Below are positions 41,747 to 51,921 of a stretch of DNA of 64,000 nt, in pieces. The notes beneath the pieces were generated by a model. It did no database searches and was not told the DNA's origin. It saw only the letters and a program-made list of their open reading frames with translations. Where the stretch lies: NCBI GenBank assembly GCA_033763905.1, contig JANRJP010000096.1:9986-73985 (forward strand). The letters are read 5' to 3'. Every line of letters begins with the position of its first letter. Positions within the stretch are counted from its first letter, which is position 1. The position numbers and the translations under genes are program-made. Source of the DNA: Gemmatimonadaceae bacterium. GTDB taxonomy: Bacteria > Gemmatimonadota > Gemmatimonadetes > Gemmatimonadales > Gemmatimonadaceae.

Positions 41747-43202
41747 AGGTCCCCACGAGCTGACGCATCGCCGCCGCTTGGCCGGCGAGTTCAGACGCGG
41801 TACTCGCGGACTCTTCGGACGACGCGGCGGTCGTCTGGACCGCGCCATTCAGGTGCTCCACCGCCTGCGCGAGTTGCTCGACCCCGGAGCGCTGGGTGTC
41901 GCTCGCCACGACGATCTCGCCCATCACCGCCCGCACGTCGCCGACGCGAGTATTGATCGTGCCGAGCACACGCGCGACGTCTTCACTCACCAGGGAGGAC
42001 TCGCCCGCATTGGTCACCGACGCTTGAATCAGATCCGCCGTCTGCTTCGCCGCCTCCGCCGAGCGGCGCGCCAGCGATCGCACTTCCTCGGCGACCACCG
42101 CAAAGCCGCGCCCCGAATCCCCGGCGCGAGCCGCCTCCACCGCCGCGTTCAGCGCCAGGAGGTTGGTCTGGAAGGCGATTTCCTCGATCGTGCGAACGAT
42201 GCGAGCCGTCGCGTCGGCGCTCTGCTTCATCTGCGCCAACACCGCATTCATTCGCGTCACGCGCTCGGTCCCCTGCGCCGCCGCCTCCGACGCCTGCTGC
42301 GCGAGCCGTTCCGCCTCGCCGGCGCGTGCGGCGTTGCCTGCCGCCTGCGTGGTCAGTTCCTTTAAACCGGCGCTGCTTTGCTCCAACGCAGCCGCTTGGC
42401 GCGACGCCCCGTCCGCCAGCGTCTCGGCCGCCTGCGAGATCTGCGCCGATGCCTCCGACACCTGCGTGGTAGACTGCGCGACATCGCGCAGCGTATCGCT
42501 CAGCGAGCCCGCCGCATCGTTGAAGGCGTCACGGAGTCGCGCGTACTCGCCGGTGTAGTTGCCCTCGATGCGGACGGTCAAGTCGCGCCGGGCAAGACCG
42601 TCGAGGGCCTTGGACACATCGGCCAAGAAGCGCATCGCCTCGCCCTTGAGGGCCTCTTCGAGCCGCTGTTGCCGGGCGTTGGTCAGGGCGGTGATCACCA
42701 CCGCGATGTCGAGCGACAGCAACCGCTCGAAGGCGGCGGTGAAGGCTTCGTACTCCGTCCGCGTGGCATCGGCACTGCGCACCGCGTCGAGCATATGTCG
42801 CCGAATGACCTCGTACATCGCCACGAACCAGTTCGAGTCGAGGTCGATGCGCTCGTGCACTTGTCCGACCTTGGCGCGGTACTCCAGGTACCGGTCGTCG
42901 ATACTGCCCGCGAGCATCGTCTCGAGGTAGCGCGTGACCATCGGCCGCTGCCGTTCGAGGGTCGTGTGTCGCTCGATGATCTCGCGCGTTTCGCGCTGCC
43001 CCATAATTCGACTATAGAACGCTTCGATCATCGCTGGACTGGCCGCCATACAGCGCGCCTGCCAGCCACGCACGACGCCAAGATCCTGCTCGGTCAGCCC
43101 GAGGAAGGCAATCCGCATCTTGGCGTTCGGATCGGTGACGGTGATCTGACCGAGCGGAAAGCTGCGGTCGGGAACTGGGGCCGTGCGGCGGAAGAAACTC
43201 AT
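41700..43202 (-). CDS. Soluble globin-coupled chemoreceptor (HemAT-like)
   Basis: Protoglobin features ([18 protein letters not shown]), no TM, MCP hairpin [20 protein letters not shown]. Confidence 0.9.
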   Translation of the reverse strand: MSFFRRTAPVPDRSFPLGQITVTDPNAKMRIAFLGLTEQDLGVVRGWQARCMAASPAMIEAFYSRIMGQRETREIIERHTTLERQRPMVTRYLETMLAGSIDDRYLEYRAKVGQVHERIDLDSNWFVAMYEVIRRHMLDAVRSADATRTEYEAFTAAFERLLSLDIAVVITALTNARQQRLEEALKGEAMRFLADVSKALDGLARRDLTVRIEGNYTGEYARLRDAFNDAAGSLSDTLRDVAQSTTQVSEASAQISQAAETLADGASRQAAALEQSSAGLKELTTQAAGNAARAGEAERLAQQASEAAAQGTERVTRMNAVLAQMKQSADATARIVRTIEEIAFQTNLLALNAAVEAARAGDSGRGFAVVAEEVRSLARRSAEAAKQTADLIQASVTNAGESSLVSEDVARVLGTINTRVGDVRAVMGEIVVASDTQRSGVEQLAQAVEHLNGAVQTTAASSEESASTASELAGQAAAMRQLVGTFTLGGRASARPLRVA

Positions 43203-43264
43203 AGGTCTGTCCCGAGACAGGAGATGGCGGCTCGACGTCGGGCCGCGCGGACTGACCTTTTGAG

Positions 43265-43291
43265 TTATCGGCCTGGCGTTGCAGGCCTACA
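43265..43291 (-). promoter_or_regulatory. Putative sigma28 promoter
   Basis: Perfect GCCGATAA -10 (43265-43272, minus strand) upstream of the globin MCP; the -35 is poor. Confidence 0.55.
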
Positions 43292-43311
43292 GCCCGAGGG
43301 ATTCACTCGGC

Positions 43312-44109
43312 TTACTTGGTGGCGGTCTGCTTCTCGAAGCAGTCGGGACACATCCCGTGCGTCACCGGCGCGCGCTGATGGCGCACGAGGTACTGGTCCG
43401 GTCGCACCCAAGTGCCGTCGTCGTCGCAGACATCGTGACACCAGGCGCAGTAGGTGATGAGCCGCTGGAGCATTCGCAGCTCCTCCAACGAGGCGCGCAC
43501 GGTCAGCTCGTGGACCCAGAGCAACCCGACGACGGTGGCCACGAACAGGAGGTGTTCCGAGGCTTTTACGACGGGACTCGCCTCACTCGGCACCTGCCCG
43601 AAGTTGATGCCGTTGGCCTGCGCCACCACGACGACGAAACCCAGCACGACCGCCCCGATCGCGCCATACAGCGTCGCGCGGCCGCCGCTCGATGACGGCG
43701 CATCGCGATCCGGATCGACGCTGGGGAACACGGCGCGCGCGCTCACCGGCAGCAGCACGAGCCAGAAGAGCTGGTCGATGCGTACCGTCGTGGTGACCAG
43801 GCCGAACAATGACAGGAACACGCCGAGCAACAGAATCCCCGCCCACGCCAATCGCGAGGCCGGCACGCCGATGCGCGCCGCGACAAGAAATGCGAGCGTG
43901 AGGCTCGCGTAGCTCGCGAGCATCGCCTTTCCGGTGGCGCTGGCCCCGGCGCTTTGGATCAACGAGTAAATCGCGACGACGAAGCCGAAAAGGCTGTAGG
44001 CGACCACACACCGCAACTGGAACAACTGCAACCTCGACAGGTCGCGCCGAGGACGCCACCAGTCGAGTACGCGGAGGAATCGGTTGGGAGTGCTACTGGC
44101 GTCGGGCAT
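43312..44109 (-). CDS. Multi-TM protein with C-terminal CxxC...HGxCPxC motif
   Basis: About 6 TMs then YCAWCHDVCDDDGTW...YL...THGMCPDC. Confidence 0.75.
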   Translation of the reverse strand: MPDASSTPNRFLRVLDWWRPRRDLSRLQLFQLRCVVAYSLFGFVVAIYSLIQSAGASATGKAMLASYASLTLAFLVAARIGVPASRLAWAGILLLGVFLSLFGLVTTTVRIDQLFWLVLLPVSARAVFPSVDPDRDAPSSSGGRATLYGAIGAVVLGFVVVVAQANGINFGQVPSEASPVVKASEHLLFVATVVGLLWVHELTVRASLEELRMLQRLITYCAWCHDVCDDDGTWVRPDQYLVRHQRAPVTHGMCPDCFEKQTATK

Positions 44110-44435
44110 CTGGTCGTGGTGCGGAAGTGGTATCCCGCACCGGATAAGCTAACCCGATTCGTGCTCGACGCAGGATGTGACGCCGCGCGACCCGTGCGCG
44201 TGGAGCAAGACGTGATCTACCTCACGACCGGGAAGCGGGCATCGCGGCGGATGCGCATCGGCTCGCGAGTAACGTGTGCGGAGATGACGGCTCAGGGAAT
44301 CACCCCCCAGCGCTTGCGTGGCTCGCACGTCAGCCGAGCCTCACTTCAATCTTGATTGCGTGACCAACCAGCTTGTGCCCATTCATTCATCTCGCAGCCT
44401 CCAACCTCGCGGGAGTTCGGAGCGGACTACCCCGA

Positions 44436-47400
44436 TCACGGCACAATCCGCGCCGCCGGACCTCCGCGATCAACGATCGTCGTCCCCAGCCGCTCGCGCA
44501 GCCGATCGTTCAGTCGCTTGAGGTCGTTGGTCATCACGGCATCGATCGCCTTGAGATGCTCCTGCAACTGGCCGGCGAGCAAGCGCTGCACTTCACCGTG
44601 CTGATCGGTTGGACGGAAGTCGCTGCTCGTCGCGCCGTTGAAGAGATAGCCCAGCTTCGAGATGAGCTTCGAACCGAATCGAATGCCGTCCTGCCCGGCA
44701 CCCGTCTGGCGGAGATCCACGAGGTTCATCTCCTCAGCGATCAGCCGCTGCTCCAGCGAGTCGACCGCGCCGCGCAGGGCAGCATCGAGGCCAGCGGTAC
44801 GCCGCAAGGTTTCGACCTGCACACGCACCGCCTCGATCCGCGCGACCACGGCGGCCGCGTCGTTCAGGTCACGCTGTACCGCCAAGGCCAGGCGCGTCTG
44901 CTGCGCGATGTCACCGTCGGTGCCGCCGGAGTTCGGGTCCTTCCGAACCTCGAGCGGCTGCGTCTGCTCGGCGCCATACACCTGCAGGCTCACGGTGTAC
45001 TTCCCGGGCGGCATCAGCACCGACGTGCGCGAAGTCCCGGGGGCCACGCGCCCATCCGGGCCGGGCTGCAGATGCGGCGCATACATCGGGGCGGTGTACA
45101 GGCGCACCTCGGACGAGAGCGCGCCCCGCAGATCCCAGTGCACGCGGTTGATGCCCGCCACGTTGGAGCCGGTCAGCGTCCGCACGACCGCCCCCTGCGC
45201 ATCGCGCACGATCACACGAGGCGCCTGCGCCGCCGGCGCCTTGAGCCAGTAGTTGATCGACGCGCCGTACTCGGGATCGGTCCCCGTCGTCGGATCATCG
45301 TATGTCGTAGACGGCGCGGTGATCGGCCGGAACCGATACGCGGCGCGCGGCGCGAACAGCGTCGCCGATGAACCCAGCACCGTCGGCGTCAACTGCTGCA
45401 GCGGTGTGATGTCGTCGAGAATCCAAAATCCGCGGCCGTACGTCGAAATGACGAGATCGTTGAAGTGCCCTTGGACGACGATCCCGGAGACCGGCGCCGC
45501 CGGCAAATTGTTCTGCAACGGTAGCCACGTGTCGCCGGCATCGTACGACACGTAGATCGCGTTTTCGGTGCCGAGATACAGCATCCCGCGTCGCACCGGG
45601 TCTTCGGTGATCACCTTCGCGTACGACAGCTGCGACTTCGGAATCCCGTTGACGATGCGCGTCCACGTGCGACCATAATCCGTCGTCCGGAACACGTGCG
45701 GATCGCGATCATCTTCCTGGTGCGCATCCACCGCGAGGTACGCCGTTCCCGCGTCCCACTTCGACGGGGCGATCGAGCGCGCTGAGCCCCACGCGGGCAT
45801 CCCGGGAATGTTCGGCGTCACGTCGGTCCACGTGGCGCCATTGTCGCGCGTGAGCTTCACCAGCCCGTCGTTGGTGCCGATCCAGATCAGGCCCTTCGTC
45901 AGCGGCGACTCGGCGATGCCATACACCACGCCCGAGTACTCGACCCCGATGTTGTCCGGGGTGAGACCACCCGAACTCTGCTGCCGTGACTTGTCGTTGC
46001 GCGTGAGGTCGGGGGAAATGACCTCCCAACTCTGCCCGCCGTTCGTGGTGCGGTGCACGTGCTGCGAGCCAACATACAGCGTGTTGCGGTCGTGCGGCGA
46101 GATGTGCAGCGGCGAGTCCCACACGAAACGGTACTTGAGTTCCGCCGGCGGGCCGTTGGCTTGCTGGGGCCACACCTCGACGTTCCGGAACTGTCGCTTG
46201 TCCTCTTCGAAGCGCACGACGATGCCGCCCACCATTCCCGCGCCCGACGCCGTGGACCACACGATGTTCGGGTCCAGCGGATCGGGCGTCGCCCAGCCGC
46301 TCTCGCCGCCACCGACCGAATGCCACATCCCGCGCGAGATGCCCTGCCCGCGGCCCGAGAACACGCGGCTGTTCGACGGGCCGCGATAGGACGGCTCGTC
46401 CTGCTTGTTGCCGAGGACGTTGTAGGGAATCGCGTTGTCGACCGTGACGTGGTACATCTGCGCATTGAGCAGACGCTGACGATACCAAGTCTTGCCGCGG
46501 TTCTGCGTGATCGAGAGCCCCTGATCGTGTGCAACGATCATCCGATTCGCGTTGGTGGGGTCGATCCAGATGTCGTGGTGATCCCCGCCCGGCGCCTGTT
46601 GCCCCTGCTGCACGACGATCGAGCGACCGCCGTCGAGCGACTTCGCATAGCTCGCCGTGAGGAAGTAGGTCTCGTCTTCGTCCGCCGGCGAGACGGCCAT
46701 CCGCGAGTAGTAGTGGGCGCGCCCCATCGCATTGCGGTCACGCGAGATCAGCGCCCACGTGCCGCCACCATCTTCGCTGCGCCACAACTGCCCGTTCTCG
46801 GTCGGCTGTCCATTCCAGGGCACGCCATCACCCGTCTCGATGAGCGCGTAGACGCGCTGCGGATTCGACGGCGCGATCGCCACCGCGACTTTGCCGACGG
46901 GCTTGGTCGGCAGCGCGCTGCCCTTGAGCCGAGTCCACGTCGTGCCGCCATCCTTCGACACAAAGAGCCCGCCGCCGGGGCCGCCGCTCGTGCGTCCCCA
47001 GGTGTGAATCTCGAGCTGCCACATCCCCGCGAAGAGGATGCGCGGGTTGCTCGGATCCATCGCGAGATCCGAGCAACCCGTATTGGCATCGACGTGCAGC
47101 ACCCGCTCCCACGTGCGGCCGCCGTCGGTGGTGCGATACACGCCGCGCTCCGGCTGCGGCCCGTATGCGGTGCCGAGCGCGCAGGCATAGACCACGTCCG
47201 GATTCGACGGATGAATGATCGTCCGCGGAATGCGGCCGGTCTTCTCGAGCCCCATCAGCGCCCACGTCCGCCCGGCGTCAGTGGAGCGATAGATCCCCTG
47301 CCCCAGCGAGATGTGGCTGCGAATCTTGCCTTCACCAGTGCCCGCCCAGATCACATTGGGATCACTCTTCGCCACCGCGAGCGAGCCGATCGATTGTACC

Positions 47401-47678
47401 GGATGGCCGTCGAACACGGGCTGCCAGTGCACGCCGCCATCGGTGGTCTTGAAGACGCCGCCGGACGCGGCGCCGACATAGTACGTGTGCGGATCGCCCG
47501 GGACCCCAACCGCCGCCGAGAAGCGGTTGCCTTCAGGTCCGATCGTGCGCCAGGTGAGCCCCTTCCAGTGCTCGGGCGTGGGCTGGGTGGCCGCGGCCGG
47601 CCTCGTCGGTGTGCGCTGCGCCGCTAGCACGGACGACGCGGCCAGGAGGAGGATCAGGGAACCGCGAAGGAGGCGCAT
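44436..47678 (-). CDS. VPS10/BNR-repeat glycosyl-hydrolase-like secreted protein
   Basis: Signal peptide, WRTIGP, many (S/T)xDxGxTW Asp-boxes, GDHHDIWIDP, STYGRGFWILDD. Confidence 0.9.
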   Translation of the reverse strand: MRLLRGSLILLLAASSVLAAQRTPTRPAAATQPTPEHWKGLTWRTIGPEGNRFSAAVGVPGDPHTYYVGAASGGVFKTTDGGVHWQPVFDGHPVQSIGSLAVAKSDPNVIWAGTGEGKIRSHISLGQGIYRSTDAGRTWALMGLEKTGRIPRTIIHPSNPDVVYACALGTAYGPQPERGVYRTTDGGRTWERVLHVDANTGCSDLAMDPSNPRILFAGMWQLEIHTWGRTSGGPGGGLFVSKDGGTTWTRLKGSALPTKPVGKVAVAIAPSNPQRVYALIETGDGVPWNGQPTENGQLWRSEDGGGTWALISRDRNAMGRAHYYSRMAVSPADEDETYFLTASYAKSLDGGRSIVVQQGQQAPGGDHHDIWIDPTNANRMIVAHDQGLSITQNRGKTWYRQRLLNAQMYHVTVDNAIPYNVLGNKQDEPSYRGPSNSRVFSGRGQGISRGMWHSVGGGESGWATPDPLDPNIVWSTASGAGMVGGIVVRFEEDKRQFRNVEVWPQQANGPPAELKYRFVWDSPLHISPHDRNTLYVGSQHVHRTTNGGQSWEVISPDLTRNDKSRQQSSGGLTPDNIGVEYSGVVYGIAESPLTKGLIWIGTNDGLVKLTRDNGATWTDVTPNIPGMPAWGSARSIAPSKWDAGTAYLAVDAHQEDDRDPHVFRTTDYGRTWTRIVNGIPKSQLSYAKVITEDPVRRGMLYLGTENAIYVSYDAGDTWLPLQNNLPAAPVSGIVVQGHFNDLVISTYGRGFWILDDITPLQQLTPTVLGSSATLFAPRAAYRFRPITAPSTTYDDPTTGTDPEYGASINYWLKAPAAQAPRVIVRDAQGAVVRTLTGSNVAGINRVHWDLRGALSSEVRLYTAPMYAPHLQPGPDGRVAPGTSRTSVLMPPGKYTVSLQVYGAEQTQPLEVRKDPNSGGTDGDIAQQTRLALAVQRDLNDAAAVVARIEAVRVQVETLRRTAGLDAALRGAVDSLEQRLIAEEMNLVDLRQTGAGQDGIRFGSKLISKLGYLFNGATSSDFRPTDQHGEVQRLLAGQLQEHLKAIDAVMTNDLKRLNDRLRERLGTTIVDRGGPAARIVP

Positions 47679-47790
47679 GGCACGGCTGGCTGGGGGGCGT
47701 CGGCTCTGGCTCTGAGCGACGTCCTCCAAGGTCGCTCCGGGCCCGCCCCCCGCAAGAGGCGCGGCCAGCCACGTCCTGCCCCGCCCTGCC

Positions 47791-49254
47791 CTACGGCAGC
47801 AGACCCGTCCAGCGCCACCACGTCGCCGCCAGCACCAGCGTTACCACCATCGCCGCGATCGTCAGCGGAATCCCCGTGCGCAAGAACGCGCGCGTGGTGA
47901 ACGCCCCGCTCCCGTACGCCACCATATTCTGCGGCGAGTTCACCGGCAGCAGGAAGCCGACCGACACGAGAAACTGCTGCACCAGCGTCATCCCCAGCGC
48001 CGGCGCCTCAGGCCGATCGAGCGCGGTGAAGAACGCGAGAAACACCGGCAGAATCGCCGACGCCAAGCTCGCCGCGCTCGCGAAGCCTTGATGCACGGCC
48101 AAGTTGAGGAGGCCGAGCCCCGCGATCATCGCCAACGGCGTCCACTGCGCAAATCCGAGTCGCGCCAACGTGGTGTCGGCCACCCAACGCGCCGCGCCGG
48201 TCTCGACCAACGCGGAACCCAATCCAACGCCCACGCCGAACAACAACAGGGTGCCCCACGGCACCAAACGCTCGGCCTCGTCCCACGCAAGAACGCCCAC
48301 GCGCGGGAGCAGCATCGCGCCAAGCGCGATCAACATCGCGGTCGCACTGTCGACGGGATGCAGCCAGCCTTCGGTGATCCACGCGGCCAACAGCACGGCC
48401 GCGAGCCAAGCGAGCCGCCGCTCGTTCCCGCGCATCGGCCCCGCCGCGCTGCGATCGCGGGCCATCGCGGCCCCGACCTGCGCCTCGTCCACGTCTTCCG
48501 TCGGCACGAGGCGGCGCATCGTGATCACCAGCATTGCCGACATCACCAGCGCCCACGGCAGCCCTTCGCGCAGCCACGCGCCCCAGGTGAGCGTCACGCC
48601 CAGGGACTTCTCGAACAGTCCGACCGCCACGAGGTTCTGCGCCGCACCGGTCTTCACCGCCACGTTCCAAATCGACGATGCGTGCGCAACGGTCATCATC
48701 AGTTGCGCGGCCAGTTGACTCGTCGGCGACAGTCCGCAGGCAGCCACCACACCGGCGACGATCGGCACCATCGCGGCCGCTCGCGCGGTGGTGCTCGGCA
48801 CCACGAACGTCAGCGCCGCGCATGTGCACACGACCCCGAGCAACAACCGTTCGCGACTCGTGCCGATGCGCGACAGCAGCAGCAACGCCAGCCGTCGCTC
48901 GAGCCCGGTCGCACGCATCGCCGCCGACAGAAACAGCGCACCGCCCACCAACACCACCGCAGGCGTCGTGAAGCCGCCAAGCGCCAGCGCCAAGGCCTTG
49001 CCCGTGCCGTAGAGCGGCGCGCCAGCTTCCGCCGTGCGCGGGCCGAGTCCGACTGCGATGGCCAGCGCCGTGGTGACCAGCACCGCACTGGTGGCGTAGG
49101 ACACCGCCTCGGTCACCCAGAGCACGACGGCCATTGCCAGCACGGCGAGTGTAGCGTGTCCGGCGGGCGCGAGCGACGCGGGCGTGGGGAGCGCCAGTAC
49201 GCCGGCGCCGGCAACGACGGCAGCGACCAACGCGATGGTGTGTCGGCGACTCAA
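47791..49254 (-). CDS. DASS/SLC13-family anion symporter
   Basis: LWVTEA, TGLERRLA, PSTTAR, TGAAQN, PWGTLLLFG, FLLPVNSPQN. Confidence 0.9.
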   Translation of the reverse strand: MSRRHTIALVAAVVAGAGVLALPTPASLAPAGHATLAVLAMAVVLWVTEAVSYATSAVLVTTALAIAVGLGPRTAEAGAPLYGTGKALALALGGFTTPAVVLVGGALFLSAAMRATGLERRLALLLLSRIGTSRERLLLGVVCTCAALTFVVPSTTARAAAMVPIVAGVVAACGLSPTSQLAAQLMMTVAHASSIWNVAVKTGAAQNLVAVGLFEKSLGVTLTWGAWLREGLPWALVMSAMLVITMRRLVPTEDVDEAQVGAAMARDRSAAGPMRGNERRLAWLAAVLLAAWITEGWLHPVDSATAMLIALGAMLLPRVGVLAWDEAERLVPWGTLLLFGVGVGLGSALVETGAARWVADTTLARLGFAQWTPLAMIAGLGLLNLAVHQGFASAASLASAILPVFLAFFTALDRPEAPALGMTLVQQFLVSVGFLLPVNSPQNMVAYGSGAFTTRAFLRTGIPLTIAAMVVTLVLAATWWRWTGLLP

Positions 49255-49332
49255 TGTGATGACTCTGGGGCGCGCACGATGGAAGTGAACCTACGGTCAG
49301 CGCGGTGCCGCGAAAGTGAGCACAAATGAAAA

Positions 49333-49364
49333 GGCGCAACTCGCTGGCTTCAGCGAATTGCGCC
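49333..49364 (-). terminator. Hairpin/terminator copy 1, next to tRNA 3' remnant
   Basis: GGCGCAACTCGCTG-GCTT-CAGCGAATTGCGCC followed by a T-run on the minus strand. Confidence 0.65.
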
Positions 49365-49368
49365 TCGA

Positions 49369-49414
49369 TCGGGACGGCGGGATTCGAACCCGCGACCCCC
49401 TGAACCCCATTCAG
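49369..49414 (-). repeat. att core: 46-bp exact copy of tRNA-Pro 3' end
   Basis: Identical to 63861-63906. Confidence 0.95.
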
Positions 49415-49512
49415 CAGAGCTGTTGCCCGAATTCACTCAAGCCGTTGATCAGCAGTCACTTAGACTTTCGAGCTTTGCCCCTAGAATGGGCTCTTTTAGC
49501 GGGTTTTTTGCC

Positions 49513-49536
49513 GAAAGGTCCCCCGAGAGGTCCCCC
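49513..49536 (+). repeat. 12-bp tandem repeat, putative integrase arm site
   Basis: GAAAGGTCCCCC GAGAGGTCCCCC about 100 bp inside the att core. Confidence 0.65.
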
Positions 49537-49902
49537 GTGCTGTCGACGAGGCTGGCCTCGCGCGTGTCGTTCATGACCTCGGTCCCAAAAGCGCGCAAGC
49601 GTCCTCGTGGAGACCCCTTCCCCTGTGTGCGCGGATGGTGGGTACTGCGGCTACTCCTCTCGAAGAGAGGTTGAGAGTTCACAGTATCGGGGGGGGGGCG
49701 CGGACCACAGCGCTGACCGGCCCTAGAGTGCGCTGGGGCCGTTGACCCCAGTGGAGTTCTCGTCAACCTTCACTCCATCGACGCCGTCTCAGATCAACAG
49801 GTCGTGGCGGTCCCGCTTTGCGTTGAATGTCAGGAGCGTCGTGATGGACGTGCTGTGCGAGTCCTACGCGATTCAACGGTGACCCTAAGTCGGCGGTGCT
49901 GC

Positions 49903-50580
49903 ATGGAACCTCGCATCTTTCCAAGGCTAGATGTCGCAGTCTTGAATCTGATCGAGTTCGGCTTTCTTCGAATTCTTCCGTTCTGGATTGGCTTCCTCGG
50001 AGGGTGTGCCTTCGGTGTCGGCATGGTTTCGTACGCGGAGTTCGGCGGCACACTCGATGAACGCGCACGCTGGGCTAGTGGCGCCCTCGAGATGGCCGGC
50101 ACACTCTCAGTTGCGATTGGGATTCTCGATCGACTCGAGCTGTATAGCGCGCAAGCTTTTGGCTCGCGTGTCTCATAATGGCTTCAAGGCCTCGAGGCCG
50201 CTTTCGTAACGCCTCCTACTACACGAGCTGTCCTTTCAAGTACCGCGCACATCTCGGTGAGTGCGAGCGGTCGGCTCAGCACTGAACCGCCTAGAACGGG
50301 GCTCGAGGAACGCGTCGAGTGGTTGATTGTTCGAACACAGGAGCTCACTAAGCTGATTGACGATCGACATAGCGCAGCACTTGCGGCGATCAGAAATGAA
50401 GCCGGTCGTCTCAGTGCAGAGCTGGCTAGCCTGCGTGGCGCGTTACATGACTCGCACGAAAAGGTGAAGACTTCCGCCGTTGGTGGAGTTCGGTTAGAGC
50501 TCACGGGCATTTGCTGGATCTTGATCGGACAAGCTGCTGGCGCATGGCCCTCACTGTTCCGCCACTTCTACACGCCGTAA
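49903..50580 (+). pseudogene. Membrane/coiled-coil protein gene interrupted by in-frame TAA (50176-50178)
   Basis: ORFs 49804..50178 and 50257..50580 share a frame and the 26 codons between them are open. Confidence 0.65.
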
Positions 50581-51161
50581 GCCGTCCGTTTGCCTGGCTG
50601 CAGGGCACCCGGAAGCCCACATGGAATTCGCCGATGCCCGTGAGGAGCTACACCTTCCGGAAGCGGCGTAGCTCTAGTATCGACTGCCTGTCATTGGGAC
50701 CGAGGTTGAGGGTCCCCCCGCTGCTTCTCCGTTCTTAGGCGGACAGCTGGGCGGGTGGCGCGCGGCGCACCGCGGTCGACCTTGTGTCGGTTACCACCGA
50801 CGACGAGGATACGAAGAACCACATCACAGGGACAAGGACTCGTCCACGCGCGGCATCTACATGGATGCAGAATCACCAGAGCGTCTGAAGTCGATTCGGG
50901 CGGTCCGGCAGATGGCGCGTGAGTCGGCTCGGGGTCGCGGAAAGTCGAAGAACTCGTCGCGCGCTCGCTGATCGGTCCAGCGATATCTGCCCCGCAAGAC
51001 TCACGCGGGATAGATGACCCGCCAACACCTCGCCGGCTTGTATTGACCTGCTGGTGTTACAGGTGCAACGGACGCAGTCCCGGTCGATCCGATCAATGTT
51101 GGCCGACCGTCACTGGGCATTCAGCATAGGTCCATGAACCGCGCGCTGCTCTCCCGAAACG

Positions 51162-51785
51162 TCACCGCGCGCCATGGGCGCGGACGAACCCTTCTGCGAG
51201 GTCATCGAGAAACTTCACGAGGTCCAGCGGTCGGTACGACCGACCGTCCATCTCATCTTGGTGCAGCACCGCGAGCACAACGGGTGAAATGAGCGCCAGC
51301 GCTCCGTGGCGCACATCGAGCGGGCGCAGGTCGCCCGCCGACAGGTGTCGCTCGAGCCGAACCTCGAGCGCGCGAATCGTCGGCTCCAGCAGCTCCGAAA
51401 GGCACGCCCGCGCCACCTCGGCGTCCTGCATCCCGTTCATGAGGCCCACGGTCAGCATTCGGCCCACGCCGGCCCGCAGCCCGTCGACGAGAAAGTCGAG
51501 ATAGTCGCGCACCGAGGCCCGCAGCGGCGCCAGCGGCGCTGCCGCGATCTGCCGCAAGTACGCCTCACCCGCGAGGTGGTTGAATTGGAGCACCGCGCGC
51601 AGCACGCCGGCGCGGTCGCCGAAGTAGTGACGCAGCGTCGGCAGCGAAACCTCCGCCGCCGACGCCATCTCGCGGAACGACAGCGTCGCTCCGTCGGCCT
51701 GGCGCAGCCGATCGGCCAGGCGGGTGAGCAGGGTGGTGCGGGTGACGTCGAAGTCGGCATTCCGACGGCCGGCAGGACGGGGCAT
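51162..51785 (-). CDS. TetR/AcrR-family regulator
   Basis: MPRPAGRR...SFREMASAAEVSLPTLRHYFGDR; divergent from the exporter operon. Confidence 0.88.
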   Translation of the reverse strand: MPRPAGRRNADFDVTRTTLLTRLADRLRQADGATLSFREMASAAEVSLPTLRHYFGDRAGVLRAVLQFNHLAGEAYLRQIAAAPLAPLRASVRDYLDFLVDGLRAGVGRMLTVGLMNGMQDAEVARACLSELLEPTIRALEVRLERHLSAGDLRPLDVRHGALALISPVVLAVLHQDEMDGRSYRPLDLVKFLDDLAEGFVRAHGAR

Positions 51786-51921
51786 GGCGGGGAGTCCGGG
51801 GGGCAAGAATGGGGGGGCTTGTTTTCCCTCCCAAGTGTAATACAATATATCTCATTGTCTGTTCTTCTTCACGTGCACAGCGGCCCACAAGCGCTGCAAC
51901 CCGAAAATGGAGTATTGCACC

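Noticed and set aside
44436..47678. Recent duplication of the two BNR/VPS10 genes (also 1-886)
   Set aside because: They share family motifs only; large paralogous families are ordinary here.
50581..51161. 580-bp gap in unit 1 as a hidden gene
   Set aside because: Only short ORFs without recognisable motifs; probably decayed DNA.
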